From: a virus
Virus record (IMG/VR): IMGVR_UViG_3300024344_002756
DNA length: 64,000 bases
Reading direction: 5' to 3' (one strand)
The notes beneath the pieces were generated by a model, which saw only the letters and a list, made by a program, of their open reading frames with translations, searched no databases and was not told the origin of the DNA. Both the position numbers and the translations under genes were made by a program. Shown here in pieces: positions 17,897 through 27,616 of the stretch (position 1 is the first letter of the stretch; each line of letters opens with the position of its first letter).

Positions 17897-18815
17897 AGCC
17901 GCTAAGCAAGGAGACATACATGGAGGTTTGTATGTTGTAGATATAGATTCAGAGGAAGTGCTTTATTATGCGCCGTATGAAATGGATTTTGTTAACGATA
18001 ATGAGCGTGGAGGAGAAAGAGGTCTTCGTGGCATTTGCGTTCTTTCTGATCGCATTATCGTTTCTGATTCTGCTGGCTTTACAGAGCTAGACAGAGAAAC
18101 TTACCAGATAAAGAGAACGTTTCAAGACAGAGATCACCTTAAAAGCGTACACGAGATAGTTGTTCATGACAACCATATATGGGCTACGTCAACGGCTTAT
18201 GATGCCATAGCGAAGTACGATCTTGACTTTAACCTAAAAGGCTTCTGGCAAATTCTTGGTAAAAATGTAGATGACTACAAGGTGTTGACCGGCAAGAAAG
18301 AAATTACCTCGGAAGAAAAAACAGAAGATGACAATTTTCATATCAATTCAATTTTTGTCAGCGATGGAAGAATTACATTTTCCGGTTTGATTACACCGCT
18401 ATACGACTTTGAAACAATGGAAGAGGTGTGTGATATACCTGCTTTTGGAAGAAACAATTCCAAAAGCTTTGTTCACAACTTTTACAAACTAAAAAATATG
18501 ACTGTAGCAAACCTAACAACTTATAATAGCATTGGCATTTCTTATACAGAAAGACCACAGGGTGTTAATGGGTCTGTAGATTTTCATTCATATCCAATAC
18601 CAAGAGCAAAAAATGCAAAGTTTGTTGTAGATGATATCGCTTCCAACAATTGGAATCGTGGTCTTGCTATATCAGAAAACAAATTTGTTATTGGTTCTTC
18701 TCCTGCGAGGCTATTAGTTTTTGATGCTTACACGCAGAAGTTTGAAAAGGAAATTGTATTGGAATCAGATATAAGACATGCTATTCATGGACTGGAGATT
18801 ATAGATGAACTTTAA
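17868..18815 (+). CDS. Probable beta-propeller protein
   Basis: TTG start at 17868; repeated strand motifs RGLRGICV, SVHEIVV, HINSIFV, NRGLAI, HGLEI. Confidence 0.55.
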   Translation: MKIICSTVVRAAKQGDIHGGLYVVDIDSEEVLYYAPYEMDFVNDNERGGERGLRGICVLSDRIIVSDSAGFTELDRETYQIKRTFQDRDHLKSVHEIVVHDNHIWATSTAYDAIAKYDLDFNLKGFWQILGKNVDDYKVLTGKKEITSEEKTEDDNFHINSIFVSDGRITFSGLITPLYDFETMEEVCDIPAFGRNNSKSFVHNFYKLKNMTVANLTTYNSIGISYTERPQGVNGSVDFHSYPIPRAKNAKFVVDDIASNNWNRGLAISENKFVIGSSPARLLVFDAYTQKFEKEIVLESDIRHAIHGLEIIDEL

Positions 18816-19002
18816 TCAGGAACTTGCCAAAAAAAACTTGGCTGAAAAACTGGAGATTTCCGACAATAGGTGGGCATGGGTATTGCCGGAATCCGAAAAC
18901 TACCGTAAAATGATCGCCTATGCCCTTGGCAAAAAATTTGTCTGGATTCATCCAGAATACCAAAATGGGCAAAACAATAAGAAAGAAAAGCAAAAGAGAT
19001 AA
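18805..19002 (+). CDS. Hypothetical protein
   Basis: 65-aa ORF overlapping the previous stop. Confidence 0.45.
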   Translation: MNFNQELAKKNLAEKLEISDNRWAWVLPESENYRKMIAYALGKKFVWIHPEYQNGQNNKKEKQKR

Positions 19003-19072
19003 AAAACGTCTCAAACGAGAACGAAGAATTCGAGCAAGGAAGCGCGATTATGGAACGGCCAACGTGGGATGA
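18965..19072 (+). CDS. Very basic 35-aa peptide, absent from the ORF track
   Basis: MGKTIRKKSKRDKKRLKRERRIRARKRDYGTANVG*; fills the gap before dCMP deaminase. Confidence 0.45.
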   Translation: MGKTIRKKSKRDKKRLKRERRIRARKRDYGTANVG

Positions 19073-19544
19073 ATATTTTATAAATTTCGCCGTTCTGACT
19101 TCAACTAGAAGTCCTGATTCTCAAACTAAAGTTGGTTGTGTATTAGTACATGAAAACAGAGTTATTAGCGCTGGCTACAATGGGTTTTGTTCAGGCGTAA
19201 ATGATTCTTCTTTACCAACTCGTAGGCCAGACAAGTATCCCTTTATGGTACATGCTGAGCAAAATGCTATAAGTAATATGCTTATTAAACCTAAAAAAGA
19301 TATTATTGCTTACGTAACGCATATGCCGTGCTACAGGTGTGCAAAACTTTTATGGCAAAACAATATTACCACATGGAAGATAGCGAATGGTAATAAAGTC
19401 AGTAGCTATTCTGATCAAGACACAATGATACATAATCATTTGATTGAATTTGGACTACAAATAGAGTGGGTTAGCCCAAGTAGGTCTTACTCAAACGAAC
19501 TGATAGACAGCGATCAAAATGAAAAGCAAGGTACATTGTTCTAG
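19050..19544 (+). CDS. dCMP deaminase
   Basis: RSPDSQTKVGCV, HAEQNAI and PCYRC zinc motifs. Confidence 0.92.
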   Translation: MERPTWDEYFINFAVLTSTRSPDSQTKVGCVLVHENRVISAGYNGFCSGVNDSSLPTRRPDKYPFMVHAEQNAISNMLIKPKKDIIAYVTHMPCYRCAKLLWQNNITTWKIANGNKVSSYSDQDTMIHNHLIEFGLQIEWVSPSRSYSNELIDSDQNEKQGTLF

Positions 19545-19552
19545 TGTATAAT
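19544..19552 (+). promoter_or_regulatory. GTGTATAAT motif upstream of nrdJ
   Basis: Begins at the last base of the dCMP deaminase stop codon. Confidence 0.6.
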
Positions 19553-19554
19553 AA

Positions 19555-19722
19555 GGTGTCGGAAATTAAATAAGCTTTTACGAAGAGCTAGAGCGGCACT
19601 TTTTCGACACGCCATTGTTGCACCAAGTCAGTAGTTTAAACTTTACTTTACATAAAATTAACCCTAACAAATTTCTTGGTAAAGCAGTGTCGCTCTTTTT
19701 TTACCAACCAAGAGGAAAATAG
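19555..19722 (+). promoter_or_regulatory. Structured 5' leader of nrdJ with alternative stems
   Basis: 19556-65 pairs with 19601-10; 19590-600 with 19686-96; 19674-80 with 19707-13 (covers the SD). Confidence 0.45.
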
Positions 19723-21924
19723 ATGTCGGTTAGAGAGCTTCAGGATTATACTTTCGTAGCAAAATACGCAAGATGGATACCAGAAAAAAAGAGAAGAGAA
19801 ACTTGGAACGAAGCTGTTAACCGTGTAAAAGAAATGATGCTCAATAAGTACTTCGATAATCCTGAAGTACATGAAGACATTGAATGGGCTTACGAGATGA
19901 TGCGCAAAAAGCGTGTTCTCGGTTCTCAAAGAGCTTTGCAGTTTGGCGGTAAGCCAATCTTTAAGCATAACGCTCGAATCTATAATTGCATTACCTCTTT
20001 TTGTGATCGCTTACGTTTTTTTCAAGAGTGTATGTATCTTTTACTTTGTGGTTGTGGTACTGGGTTTTCTGTACAGAAACACCACATAGAAAAATTACCA
20101 ACGCTAGTAAGAAACAAAAGCGGAACAAAAAAATATGTTATACCAGACACCATAGAAGGGTGGTCTGATGCAGTAGGTATATTAGTAAGTAGTTACTTTG
20201 ATCAGGAAGAGTTGTTTCCTGAATACAGAGGCAAGAACGTTAACTTTGATTACTCTGATATTAGACCTGCTGGTGCTTACTTAAATTCTAGTGGCGGCAA
20301 AGCTCCCGGCCCAGAACCACTAAAGAATGCTCTATCTAATATTAGAAAGATATTAGACAAGGCATTAAAAGAGCTAGACTTTTGCGATAAATCAATAAGA
20401 CACCTTACACCCATTCAAGCATACGATATAGTGATGCATAGTGCGGATGCTGTTATTTCAGGTGGAGTTCGTAGAAGTGCTACGATATGTCTATTTAGCC
20501 CAGACGATGAAGAGATGGCTAAAGCGAAGACAGGCTCTTGGTTTGTAGAGAACCCTCAAAGAGGTAGATCTAATAACTCTGCTATTCTATTAAGAGATAA
20601 AACAACAGCAAAGCAATTCTCAGAACTAATGAAGTCTGTCAAAGAATTTGGAGAACCCGGATTTGTATGGTCTGACTCTACAGAGTTAATAGTAAATCCT
20701 TGTGTTGAAATTGGAATGTGGCCTGTAGATGAAACCACGGGACAAAGTGGGTGGCAGGCTTGCAATCTAAGTACAATTAATTGTGCAAAGATAAAGTCAA
20801 AAGAAGATTTTCTTGAAGCGTGTAAAGCGGCTTCTATCATCGGGTCTCTTCAAGCTGGTTTTTCTTCCTTTCCCTACCTAGGAAAAACTAGCGAAAACAT
20901 AGTATCAAGAGAAGCATTACTTGGTGTTTCCATGACAGGTATCATGGAACAACACGAAATATGCTTAAGTCCAGAAGTTCAAAAAGCTGGAGCCAAGGCG
21001 GTTAAAGATGAAAATAAAAGAATCACTAAACTCATTGGAATCAACCAAGCTGCTAGAACTACTTGCATCAAACCTGAAGGCACTAGTAGTTGCGTTCTTG
21101 GGACTAGTTCTGGTATCCATCCTCATCATGCCAAGCGTTATATTAGACGTGTTCAAGCTAATAAAATGGAACCGATCTACAACTACTTCAGAGAAGTGAA
21201 TCCAAGAGCTTGCGAAGAGTCCGTATGGTCAAACAATGATAGCGATGATGTAGTAGCTTTCTGTATTGAAGTACCCGCTGGAGCAAAAACCAAAAATCAA
21301 GTTGGGGCGATTGACCTTCTTAGCCATGTAAAAAGCACACAACAAAGTTGGGTAATTCCCGGCACTAATAAATCTCTGTGTACTAAGCCTTGGCTTGTAC
21401 ATAACGTGTCCAATACTATTAATGTAAAACCAGACGAATGGGAAGAAGTAGAAAAGTTTATCTACAAGAATAGAAAATACTTTTGTGGAATTTCTTTACT
21501 TCCAATTACTGGAGATAAAGATTATCCACAGGCTCCATTCACAGCGATATACTTACCAACAGAACAAGTGCGTCATTACGGAGACGCATCTTTATTTGTT
21601 AGCGGCCTAATAGAAGTCGCTCTCAACCTATGGGAAGATAATCTGTGGGCGGCGTGCGATTCACTTCTTGGTGTTGGAGCTAAAATAAAAGGCAACGGCA
21701 AAAAAGAATGGTCAGACAGATGTAAGAAATTTGCAGAAAGATACTTTGAGGGAGACCTCAGAAAACTGACGTACTGCATGAAAGATGTATACAACTGGAA
21801 AGAGTGGGTAGACTTAAGCAGGGAATACACCTCTGTGGACTATACAGAAGTCATAGAAGAAGAAAACAATGTTAAGCCTGAACAGGAATGGGCTTGTGCG
21901 GGCGGTAAATGCGACATTATTTAA
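19723..21924 (+). CDS. nrdJ: Class II adenosylcobalamin-dependent ribonucleotide reductase (monomeric RTPR type)
   Basis: RIYNC, GGVRRSATI, NPCVEI (thiyl Cys), CNL, TTCIKPEGT, C-terminal CAGGKC redox pair. Confidence 0.92.
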   Translation: MSVRELQDYTFVAKYARWIPEKKRRETWNEAVNRVKEMMLNKYFDNPEVHEDIEWAYEMMRKKRVLGSQRALQFGGKPIFKHNARIYNCITSFCDRLRFFQECMYLLLCGCGTGFSVQKHHIEKLPTLVRNKSGTKKYVIPDTIEGWSDAVGILVSSYFDQEELFPEYRGKNVNFDYSDIRPAGAYLNSSGGKAPGPEPLKNALSNIRKILDKALKELDFCDKSIRHLTPIQAYDIVMHSADAVISGGVRRSATICLFSPDDEEMAKAKTGSWFVENPQRGRSNNSAILLRDKTTAKQFSELMKSVKEFGEPGFVWSDSTELIVNPCVEIGMWPVDETTGQSGWQACNLSTINCAKIKSKEDFLEACKAASIIGSLQAGFSSFPYLGKTSENIVSREALLGVSMTGIMEQHEICLSPEVQKAGAKAVKDENKRITKLIGINQAARTTCIKPEGTSSCVLGTSSGIHPHHAKRYIRRVQANKMEPIYNYFREVNPRACEESVWSNNDSDDVVAFCIEVPAGAKTKNQVGAIDLLSHVKSTQQSWVIPGTNKSLCTKPWLVHNVSNTINVKPDEWEEVEKFIYKNRKYFCGISLLPITGDKDYPQAPFTAIYLPTEQVRHYGDASLFVSGLIEVALNLWEDNLWAACDSLLGVGAKIKGNGKKEWSDRCKKFAERYFEGDLRKLTYCMKDVYNWKEWVDLSREYTSVDYTEVIEEENNVKPEQEWACAGGKCDII

Positions 21925-21934
21925 GGAGATCATA

Positions 21935-22405
21935 ATGGCGATCATCACGGGACACGCAAGTGCTACAGCTACTATTTATGGATACAAACGTCTTGATGTT
22001 AAAAAGCTTTCTGAAACTGCTGAAATCCCAACTAAAGGTCACGCGAATGACGCTGGTTGGGATCTATATGCTGATGAAGACGTTACATTGTGGCCAGAAG
22101 AAACTAATCTGGTATCCACTGGCATAGCAATAGCCCTCCCTGAAAACTATGCTGGCTTAATTTGGGATAGATCTTCTATGGGCGTAAAGGGTATACACAG
22201 ACACGCAGGGGTTATCGACTGTAATTATCGTGGAGAAGTTAAGGTTTGTTTACATAACACAACATCTGAAATGTATAAAATTAAGCGCGGAGACAGGATT
22301 GCGCAATTATTAATTCAGGAAATCCCAAAATTTAAACTAAATGAGGTAGAAGAGCTTAACTCAACAGATAGAGATTCTGGTGGTTTCGGCTCTACAGGTA
22401 AATAA
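21935..22405 (+). CDS. dut: Trimeric dUTPase
   Basis: AGWDL, RSS, GVIDCNYRGE, RIAQL, RDSGGFGSTG; SD AAGGAG. Confidence 0.95.
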   Translation: MAIITGHASATATIYGYKRLDVKKLSETAEIPTKGHANDAGWDLYADEDVTLWPEETNLVSTGIAIALPENYAGLIWDRSSMGVKGIHRHAGVIDCNYRGEVKVCLHNTTSEMYKIKRGDRIAQLLIQEIPKFKLNEVEELNSTDRDSGGFGSTGK

Positions 22406-22408
22406 TAT

Positions 22409-23098
22409 ATGTCCAGAAGAAAACACACTGATAAAGACTATCAGACAAAAGGACAAACAAAGAGAAGAAAAGCCTTAAAACCAAAAACTAAAAATCAAGA
22501 AAACTACATTAGGTTAATGTCAGAAAATGATGTTACCTTTTGCACTGGCCCTGCTGGAACAGGGAAAACAGCAGTAGCAGTGGGTCTTGCTTGTGATTAT
22601 CTATTAGACAAAAGAGTTGAAAAGATAATTGTTACTAGACCTGTAATTGAATCTGGTCGAGGTTTAGGCTTTCTACCCGGAACTTTTGAAGAAAAAATAC
22701 ATCCGTATTTAGTACCCGTAATAGAAGAGATGGAGTATAGACTAAATACTAATAGGGTTCAGGCTTACAGAGATGAAGGCAAGATAGAAGTTTGTCCCCT
22801 AGAATATATGAGAGGGCGAAATTTCCATAACTGCTTTATGATATTAGATGAAGCCCAAAATGCCACGTTTGAACAATTGAAAATGTTTATTACCAGAATT
22901 GGCTGGGACTCAAAAGCTGTTATTAATGGCGACATCGACCAAACGGATTTGCTAAAAAAAGAACAGGGTGGTTTAGAGGAATTTCTAGATCGTCTAGATG
23001 GTGTGCATGGTGTTGGTCTTGCCGAATTAACTGAAGATGATATAATAAGAAATAAAATTATTTCAAAAATCTTGAATGCTCTTTACGACGATCATTAA
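22409..23098 (+). CDS. phoH: PhoH-like ATPase
   Basis: GPAGTGKT, LGFLPG, YMRGR, ILDEAQN, GDIDQTD. Confidence 0.95.
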   Translation: MSRRKHTDKDYQTKGQTKRRKALKPKTKNQENYIRLMSENDVTFCTGPAGTGKTAVAVGLACDYLLDKRVEKIIVTRPVIESGRGLGFLPGTFEEKIHPYLVPVIEEMEYRLNTNRVQAYRDEGKIEVCPLEYMRGRNFHNCFMILDEAQNATFEQLKMFITRIGWDSKAVINGDIDQTDLLKKEQGGLEEFLDRLDGVHGVGLAELTEDDIIRNKIISKILNALYDDH

Positions 23099-23458
23099 AT
23101 GCCAACATACGATTATCTATGTAACGAATGTGGTTGTGAGTTTGAACAATTTCACGGCTTCAATAAAACTCCTGAACCCTGCAAGTGCGGAAGTTCAGAC
23201 ATTAAGATAGTTATTAATCAAGTTCCTATGGGTTTCGTGAAGGGTGAGCCAACCACTCTTGGTCAGCTTGCCGAATCAAACACAAAAAACATGGGTAGCT
23301 ATGAACGTAGTGAAAAAAGAGCCAAGCAGCAAGAAGGAAATCTCAAAAAACAAAAGCCTAAAAACTGGGTAGAAAAATCTGGAAGTGCTACACAATCAGA
23401 AATAAACAAAATGACAAAATCGCAGAAGGCTAAGTACATCCAAGAAGGCAAGAAATGA
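23099..23458 (+). CDS. FmdB-family zinc-ribbon protein
   Basis: MPTYDYLCNECGCEFE...CKCGS. Confidence 0.8.
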   Translation: MPTYDYLCNECGCEFEQFHGFNKTPEPCKCGSSDIKIVINQVPMGFVKGEPTTLGQLAESNTKNMGSYERSEKRAKQQEGNLKKQKPKNWVEKSGSATQSEINKMTKSQKAKYIQEGKK

Positions 23459-23748
23459 ATTTGCCGCACAAGTCATCAGAAGAAGTCATAAAATACAAAG
23501 ACCTTGAAGAAGTCAATATACAATGCGCAGATTGCCAAGAGGAAATATTTAAACTTCTCAGAGTTGCACCAAGCAAAAAAGAAAACAAACTAATTGTTGA
23601 ATGCCCATTTTGCGATGGAAGAAGTTGGCTTATTGATGTTGAGGGAGACTATTTTCAAGCACCACCCGAAGATTTAATAGTCGATGATATGTACGAAAAA
23701 GACGGTGTTATTATAATAGAGCTGGAAGGAAAAGAAGATGGAAGCTGA
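23455..23748 (+). CDS. Hypothetical zinc-binding protein
   Basis: CADC...CPFC. Confidence 0.7.
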   Translation: MNLPHKSSEEVIKYKDLEEVNIQCADCQEEIFKLLRVAPSKKENKLIVECPFCDGRSWLIDVEGDYFQAPPEDLIVDDMYEKDGVIIIELEGKEDGS

Positions 23749-24061
23749 GGATTTCATTAAGTCTGAGAATGTATCTTATACATACTACGATAAAAACGGA
23801 AATGTATTAGATGATGTCTCTAGCTCTTGTGCATACATAGAGAAAAAAGGAACTGGAGATAGCTATAGAGAAAAATACTATCTCAAGACGCTTCGTGGTG
23901 GTCTATATGATCCCCAAGGAATAGATGGTAGAAAAGCAAACGCATTGAATACCAAGTTCTCAAAGGTGTCATCAGAAACATTTGATCACTACATTAAATA
24001 CTTAAGAACTAAACAGAGGAACCATCTTACTTGGGCCGATAGGAGTAATATTGATGTCTAA
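23738..24061 (+). CDS. Hypothetical protein
   Basis: 107-aa coupled ORF. Confidence 0.7.
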   Translation: MEAEDFIKSENVSYTYYDKNGNVLDDVSSSCAYIEKKGTGDSYREKYYLKTLRGGLYDPQGIDGRKANALNTKFSKVSSETFDHYIKYLRTKQRNHLTWADRSNIDV

Positions 24062-24377
24062 AAAAACAGGCAAGCTTAACAAAGTCGAGAAGTTTTACAT
24101 AGAAAACAACGAAGACAAAGAAGTTGGCGAAATAGCGAAAGACCTAAACAGAACTGAAGCGTCAGTTGAAAAGCATATTAAGAATTCCAGAATGAGCCAT
24201 GTGGACGAAGTTCAGGATAAAAAATCCGATATAAGCGAACTTTTCGGACACAAGGAAGATCGAGGTGTTACAATTATGACTCCTGCCGCTTCGGAAATTG
24301 CTGACGAGACAAGATCAAAAAGAATCAACGTATCATCAAAACACAGAGACGCTATCCATATTATTAAGAAAAAATGA
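24054..24377 (+). CDS. Hypothetical protein with possible N-terminal HTH
   Basis: EVGEIAKDLNRTEASVEKHI; SD AGGAG. Confidence 0.65.
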   Translation: MSKKTGKLNKVEKFYIENNEDKEVGEIAKDLNRTEASVEKHIKNSRMSHVDEVQDKKSDISELFGHKEDRGVTIMTPAASEIADETRSKRINVSSKHRDAIHIIKKK

Positions 24378-24856
24378 GTATCTTCTTATCTAAAGAATTC
24401 GACGATTACATTAATATCTATGCCGACCAAAATCCTCTTTGGATAGCAACCCTGTCCAACGGCGAGGAAATCTATCAGGACGATGGAAGAGAAGGCGCAA
24501 AGCCATCTAGCGCTTGGACTAGATTAAAGCAATATTGCGACATTAATGACTTACATATTGAATCCATTAAATTGAGAAATAAGTCCCATATAGAAGAACT
24601 AGGTTCTGGGCATGATGGGTATTTCTTTTGTAAGTCTGCTGGAGCTTTATTGTTTGGCGATATGACCCAACACTCTTTTATATTTGGTGCTTTGAGTGGG
24701 GAGAAGCTTTCCGTAAGGAAATGGAGACTTCCTGAGTTGATACCGGAATCCGTAGAGGAGAGAGATCCCTATGCGAATCCAGAATTTATTATTGCGAAAA
24801 AAGGAATATTGGATGAACAAAGGCTACAAGCACAAGACGACAGGTCAAGAATGTAA
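24374..24856 (+). CDS. Hypothetical protein
   Basis: 160-aa ORF with ATGA overlap. Confidence 0.7.
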   Translation: MSIFLSKEFDDYINIYADQNPLWIATLSNGEEIYQDDGREGAKPSSAWTRLKQYCDINDLHIESIKLRNKSHIEELGSGHDGYFFCKSAGALLFGDMTQHSFIFGALSGEKLSVRKWRLPELIPESVEERDPYANPEFIIAKKGILDEQRLQAQDDRSRM

Positions 24857-25238
24857 TGCAGCCCAGTACATTGCTGAAATGGTATGTCTGAGAAAAGCCG
24901 AAAGAGAAAACGTAGGTAGACCAGCATATGCCCTTTGGAACACGCAGAAGTGGAAGAAGGAGTTCCAAAGCCAAGTAACAAAAGGTTACAAGCTTCTTAA
25001 AAAATACCACGAAAAGGCTATCATCAATGCCTTAAATTCTTACAAGGGAAAGGGCATATATTCTCTTAGAGTGGGTTGGCTTGAAGATATTATTAAAAAA
25101 GAACAATTCAAGCTAGACAAAATTAACGATAGAGAAATTCAAGAAGTTGAGTACGAAGACAATAGCCTTTCTACTCCCAAACAGCCATACGGAAAACAGA
25201 GCAAGATTTCAAGACTCAAGGATTTAGAAAATGAATGA
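24813..25238 (+). CDS. Hypothetical protein
   Basis: ATG 24813 after SD AAGGA; overlaps the recA start. Confidence 0.7.
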   Translation: MNKGYKHKTTGQECNAAQYIAEMVCLRKAERENVGRPAYALWNTQKWKKEFQSQVTKGYKLLKKYHEKAIINALNSYKGKGIYSLRVGWLEDIIKKEQFKLDKINDREIQEVEYEDNSLSTPKQPYGKQSKISRLKDLENE

Positions 25239-26301
25239 TGCAGCAGCACTAAAGACCATTACTAAAAAGTATGGAAATATATTAGTAAATGGTGCTGAAG
25301 TTTTTCAGGACTTAAAAGATATGCAGGTCATTCCGGTTAGCCCTGCTTTAGACTATGCTCTTGGTGGTGGCTTTAGAGAAGGCACTTGGATTCAAATGAT
25401 TGGCGATCCAAAGTCTGGTAAAACAACCACAGCCTTGCAGTTTGCCGCTAATTGCCAAAAGAAGGAATATGGTGAACGTCCTATATTCTATGTCAATGTT
25501 GAAGGCAGGTTGAGTACTAAAAACTTTGAAGGAGTGCATGGTCTTGAAGCTGACAAAATTACTGTTGTCCAATCTGAAGGAGAGACCCTTAGTGCAGAAA
25601 AGTATCTAGGCGCTGTGGAAAAACTAGTAAAATCTCATCCCAACTGCGTAGTCATTATTGATTCAATATCTAGTTTTATAGCACAGAAGGATTTAGACGA
25701 AGAAGTAAGGGGTGATTATAGACCGGGAGTTCCTAAGATACTATCTAACTTCTGCAAGAAGATGAGTAGCGTAGTCCCTAAACAAAAAGCTATTATCATA
25801 ATGATTACTCACTTTATAGCCAACACTGGTGGTATGGGTAAAAAGAAAGTGGCAGATGGTGGAGTAAAGGTGCGTTACCAAGCAGACACAATTCTTGAGA
25901 TAGCATGGATTCAAGCTTGGAAAGATAAAAACGAAGGAAACCAAATAGGTCAAGCCCTGCACTGGAAAGTTATAACTTCTGCTCTTGGCGGTTTTGTTGG
26001 TGGCGAAGCCATTGGCTGGCTAAGGTATGGGGTTGGAATTGACTACAAGCAGGAGATGTTTGAGCAAGCTAATGACTTTGATTTAATTTCTGCTGCCGGA
26101 GCTTGGTATACTTGTGATTTCTTAGTTGAAAACCCAAAGCCGATTAAGAAGCTTCTTGAAGCGGAAGGCATTAAAGAAGACGAGGAAGAAAAAATTATAA
26201 AGTTCGTCAAGTTTCAAGGACAAAATAAACTTAAAGAGTTCCTCGACACAAACGATCTTTGGACTTCTTTGCAAAATTCATTAAAGGAAATGCTGTTTTG
26301 A
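25231..26301 (+). CDS. recA: RecA/UvsX recombinase
   Basis: SPALDYALGGG, GDPKSGKT, IIDSIS, GGVKVRYQA, AGAWY. Confidence 0.92.
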   Translation: MNDAAALKTITKKYGNILVNGAEVFQDLKDMQVIPVSPALDYALGGGFREGTWIQMIGDPKSGKTTTALQFAANCQKKEYGERPIFYVNVEGRLSTKNFEGVHGLEADKITVVQSEGETLSAEKYLGAVEKLVKSHPNCVVIIDSISSFIAQKDLDEEVRGDYRPGVPKILSNFCKKMSSVVPKQKAIIIMITHFIANTGGMGKKKVADGGVKVRYQADTILEIAWIQAWKDKNEGNQIGQALHWKVITSALGGFVGGEAIGWLRYGVGIDYKQEMFEQANDFDLISAAGAWYTCDFLVENPKPIKKLLEAEGIKEDEEEKIIKFVKFQGQNKLKEFLDTNDLWTSLQNSLKEMLF

Positions 26302-26726
26302 GGGCGATAGGGTTTGATGGAAGGGATCGCAGATGGAATATCTCTAAGCATGTTGTTCATGGGGACGATAAAAGACCTCGTTCTAAATTGCATATTTCTG
26401 CGAGAAAACTCTTGCGCGATTCATTCCCGTATGATACAATCCTTGAGGAAGTTCCACTTCCCGGTTCACATAAGCCATCAAGAAAATCTACCCTGTTCGT
26501 TGATTTCTTGATACCGTCAGAATCTCTGGCGGTCGAAGTTCACGGGCGACAACACTTTGAGTTTGTCGCCCATTTTCATGGAAACAAGGCGGGTTTTAGA
26601 AAATCAAAAGCGAGAGATAGAGACAAGGCAAACTGGCTTGAAGCCAATTCTATAACTCTTGTTGTGTTAAGTTATTCGGAATCAGAGGATGAGTGGAAAA
26701 GAAGAATTATCAATCGACAAGCTTGA
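26298..26726 (+). CDS. DUF559/Vsr-like endonuclease
   Basis: VDFLIP...LAVEVHGRQHF...ARDRDK..W. Confidence 0.75.
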   Translation: MRAIGFDGRDRRWNISKHVVHGDDKRPRSKLHISARKLLRDSFPYDTILEEVPLPGSHKPSRKSTLFVDFLIPSESLAVEVHGRQHFEFVAHFHGNKAGFRKSKARDRDKANWLEANSITLVVLSYSESEDEWKRRIINRQA

Positions 26727-27186
26727 AGAGTTTATAGAGGGCTTAGAAAGCTATATAAACGCTGAAGGTGTTATAAACGTAGAGCATAATCCTGAAGTTA
26801 AAGGTATAATAAATCTAAGTTCTTTTGAGCTAAAATCTTTGACAGCAGAAGAGTGCTGCGAGAAAGCCTTCGTTGTTCAGGGTTACTGCAATTACCTACA
26901 AAAAATATACAACAAGCATCTAGCTAGATTTAAATGGTGTGAAGAATTGATCAACCACACTGTTGCTAGTAGGGCTAACAATTTTGATAAGTACACAAAG
27001 TGGGAAGTAAAAGTAAACTCGGTTATAAGAGAAGATGAATTCATACAAAAAGTATGGAGAGTCAAAAGAGTTGCCGAAGGAAGAATAACCATTTTAGCCG
27101 ATACAGTAAGAGATGTTAGAAGACAAGCAGACACTCTTCTAGAACTTGGACGGAGAAGAAGAAATGAATCCTATAGACACAATTAA
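26689..27186 (+). CDS. Helical hypothetical protein, possibly a UvsY-like recombination mediator
   Basis: Coiled-coil character and position after recA; no diagnostic motif for the function. Confidence 0.55.
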   Translation: MSGKEELSIDKLEEFIEGLESYINAEGVINVEHNPEVKGIINLSSFELKSLTAEECCEKAFVVQGYCNYLQKIYNKHLARFKWCEELINHTVASRANNFDKYTKWEVKVNSVIREDEFIQKVWRVKRVAEGRITILADTVRDVRRQADTLLELGRRRRNESYRHN

Positions 27187-27616
27187 AAAGGGAATACTTG
27201 ATAATGATATGGAGCAAGTTATTAAGGGCTTTACAGCCCTCACAGGAGAAGAGGTCAGACCAGCAGGAGGAGAGCAAGAAAAAAACCCAGAGCCAAAAAC
27301 AACCAGAAGTGAATCACACGCCGAAACCGTGCAACCATCAGTGCAGGTGCGGTCGAAAGACTTAGACTTCTCTACAGAACCTAGAGAGGTTGACACAAAG
27401 TTTGGTAGAAAAGAACCTATTCAAGTTGGATCAAACCAATTTACAGACGATGGTATTGAAGCCAAGGATGTTACAACACCAGACGTTCCTAGAACAAAGA
27501 GACGACCTCCTGTTGAATTAGTTGAAGTTACATGCCACGCTTGCGGTTCTACAGAGAAAATTAACCCAGCATACAAAAGCGGTAGCTATCATCGTTGCGG
27601 TAGGTGCGTTGGTTAA
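27164..27616 (+). CDS. Hypothetical protein with C-terminal zinc ribbon
   Basis: CHACG...CGRC. Confidence 0.7.
   Translation: MNPIDTIKKGILDNDMEQVIKGFTALTGEEVRPAGGEQEKNPEPKTTRSESHAETVQPSVQVRSKDLDFSTEPREVDTKFGRKEPIQVGSNQFTDDGIEAKDVTTPDVPRTKRRPPVELVEVTCHACGSTEKINPAYKSGSYHRCGRCVG

Noticed and set aside
19553-19722. Calling the nrdJ leader a cobalamin riboswitch or NrdR box
   Set aside because: The conserved GGGAA/GGGAAG elements are missing and no NrdR palindrome is visible; kept only as an unclassified structured leader.
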